NCBI GenBank assembly: GCA_027923505.1
Contig: BROI01000001.1
Location: 744,001-808,000, forward strand
Source: Mayamaea pseudoterrestris
Lineage: Eukaryota
Direction of reading: 5' to 3'
DNA: 64,000 nucleotides
Shown here: piece by piece, positions 61,736 to 64,000 of the stretch
Position numbering within the stretch: position 1 is the first letter of the stretch
Layout of the letters: each line of letters begins with the position of its first letter
Notes under the pieces: model-generated
What the model saw: the letters and a program-made list of their open reading frames with translations, nothing else
Database searches by the model: none
Told to the model about the DNA's origin: nothing
Program-made: the position numbers and the translations under genes

Positions 61736-64000
61736 CTACCTCTCGTTACGACCCTGCTTCAGCTTCTCCGCCTCTGCCGCATGCATGTTGAACACTTGCT
61801 CCAGGCTCGTCTGAGAAGCGCCGTATTCCGACAACATCAAGTCTTCTTTGTTTTCTTCAATCGTCGAAAAGATGCTGGCGATCCGCACATTCTTGGAATC
61901 AATCTCATAACGCACCTTGTTATCCTGCCGTTCGCGGAGAATATTGTCAGGATAGTGCTCGTCAATAAAGCGAGCCAGCTTTCGCATGCGAAGCTCCGTT
62001 GTGGCAAAAGCTGCAATATCGTCCAGCGGAGCACCAGTCGGCGAGCTGGCGTCCTTCCACAAATTGTAGCCGAGCGGATCCTCTGAATTGACGGCACTAG
62101 CCAATGTTTCATCGCCACTCAATGCACGCAAGGCAGTCAATGTCTCGTCCAAGGTAAAGAATACTTCGAAAGCTGTTTCGATGTCTGCAGGTGCAGCACC
62201 AGTCTTTGATTTAACTAAAGCGGCGGCATTGGCGATGCAATCGGGATCGTCTTTCTTGGTAAGCCGTACTTTCAATTCAACCTGATATCCCTGACCAAAC
62301 TTGCTCTTCAAATGTTGAGCTGATCCAAGGCACCGTAAGCGACCATTTGCCATGATCGCGATACGAGGACAGAGCGCTTCGCATTCTTCCTGTCACGTAC
62401 AAAAACATTCAAATGTTAGACAGCTTCGGTAATGCCAAAACGAGACAAATTCCGCACACTTGCCATGCTGTGCGTCGTCAAAATGACCGACGTACGCTCC
62501 TCTTCTGGAAAGTCGCCTCCTGCTACCATTTCCGAGATCAGCGCCCAGATCTCCCGACGTGCAACTGGGTCGACTCCGGTCGAGCACTCATCAAGGAAAA
62601 CGATGGCTGGCTGGCCGATTGTTGCACATGCTAACGATAGACGTCGCTTCATACCACCGGAATAGCCGGAGCTCAAACGATCGGCATCCTTAACGCTGAG
62701 TCCGACTTCTGCCAGCTTGGCCGCTGCGGCCTCTTTGATAAACTGACGCGGTATGCCCTTGATAGAAGCGTACAGCTCGACATGCTCGCGTCCCGTTAGA
62801 TTTTCGAAATGGGCATCGAATTGCGGGCAGTATCCTATGCGACGGCGGATCTTTTCGGGCTCTCTGCAGACGCTATGCCCAGCCAACGTTGCATCACCGG
62901 AACTGGGCGGAAATTCGGCCGTAAGTATGCCCATCGTAGTCGTCTTGCCTGATAGAAAGGAGGAAGGGGAGAACATCGCTAATGTGTAAGTTTTCACCTA
63001 AACCAACACCGATTCCGTACATCGACAAGAGGTGATCATACAATAACTTGCCTGCGCCGTTGATGCCCAAAAGGCCAAAGCATTCACCGGGTGCGATACC
63101 GAAGGAAAGATTATTGACGGCCAGCTTGCCCCCGTCATATGTCTTCGTAAGTTGCGAAAGTACAATTTTGTCATCGTTCGCCTGGCCCAACAAAACACGT
63201 TCCTGCTCAGCCATAACATCATCGTCGTCAGGAATCGCCATTGTAATGTCGTCTCCAGATTGTCTGCGTCCAAAGCATCGGCACGTGATAAAACGAAGAA
63301 GCATGTTCCAGTAAGAGAGAACCCTTGGGTTTGTCGACCACTTGTCCAGTTGAATGGCAAGCGCAACATAAATAATTGACTCCCACGCCAAAAATATGAT
63401 TTCGTACAACATCACTGGTTCGCTAAAAACGGTTGTCACGTCATTTCCTTCAAGAAAAGCAATCGTTTCCAAATTCAAAACTGCAAATAATCCTTGACCC
63501 AAATTGAACGTTGGAAAGAAACGGAGAATCCATTTCAAAATATTGGCCGCATCAATGAGATCCTGTTTTGGTGCCCCAGGATCAGTTCCAATGAGAGTGA
63601 GAATGAACGACGCCAAGGGGCCTCCCATTCCAATCAAAAATCCACTGATGATTATGAAAACATTGCAGAGTGAAGGAGATGAAAAGGCAAATGAAACGCA
63701 ATATGTGAAGCCAGCCGCCGCTGGCCCGAACAGAATCAAGAGAATTAAAACGCCATATACAACGTCTTTCTCCGTTTTGATAAACACATCAACCCCAAAC
63801 GCAAAGATGAGAGCCACAGTGATCCACAAAGGAATCTGATAGTTCAAAACATCCCAAAGGTAGGTTGAAAGCCAGTAGCTACTCGGTTCGACACCAGCAA
63901 CAGTCTGCAAATGCTTAGCTTTAGATTGTCTCTCGTTTACAATAAAGGTGGCAAAGGCACCAGCGATGAAGGGGAAACTCAGAATGACGAGAAACCATGC
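61736..64000 (-). CDS. ABCA-subfamily transporter, 3' part (runs off the window)
   Basis: [70 protein letters not shown]. Introns at 63051-62949 and 62463-62390. Confidence 0.95.

Overview
Eukaryotic DNA with short spliceosomal introns. It is most likely from a diatom or related stramenopile; this is inferred from a CoDi-type copia pol, an ASAFAP-like plastid presequence and diatom-type 'LNRAG...LRENP' LRR proteins. The window has two parts. (1) 1-~21 kb is repeat/TE-rich. It holds a >12 kb array of a 181-bp, ~55% GC monomer with two hairpins per unit. The array fades into a degenerate copy ~300 bp downstream of an intact, intron-containing PIF/Harbinger-type DDE transposase. The transposase is transcribed divergently from an unknown ~365-aa partner gene across a ~430-bp CATATG-rich inverted repeat. 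An intact Ty1/copia pol follows, with no recognisable gag or 5' LTR. (2) ~22-64 kb is gene-dense: SDP1-like lipase, PCMT-domain protein, FtsH/YME1, two FKBPs, CaM-KMT-like methyltransferase, two LRR-like proteins, TupA-like ATP-grasp membrane protein, SGNH-like protein, PWP2, aspartic protease, TOM1-like 7TM protein, MRS2, two FkbM methyltransferases, class II GATase, ABCD and a partial ABCA. The best-supported hidden elements are a U14 box C/D snoRNA in the PWP2 intron, a long-range base-paired intron in the PCMT gene, and two consecutive GC-AG introns in the ABCA gene. The best candidate for an undescribed system is the Harbinger transposase + partner gene + palindrome + structured tandem array module.
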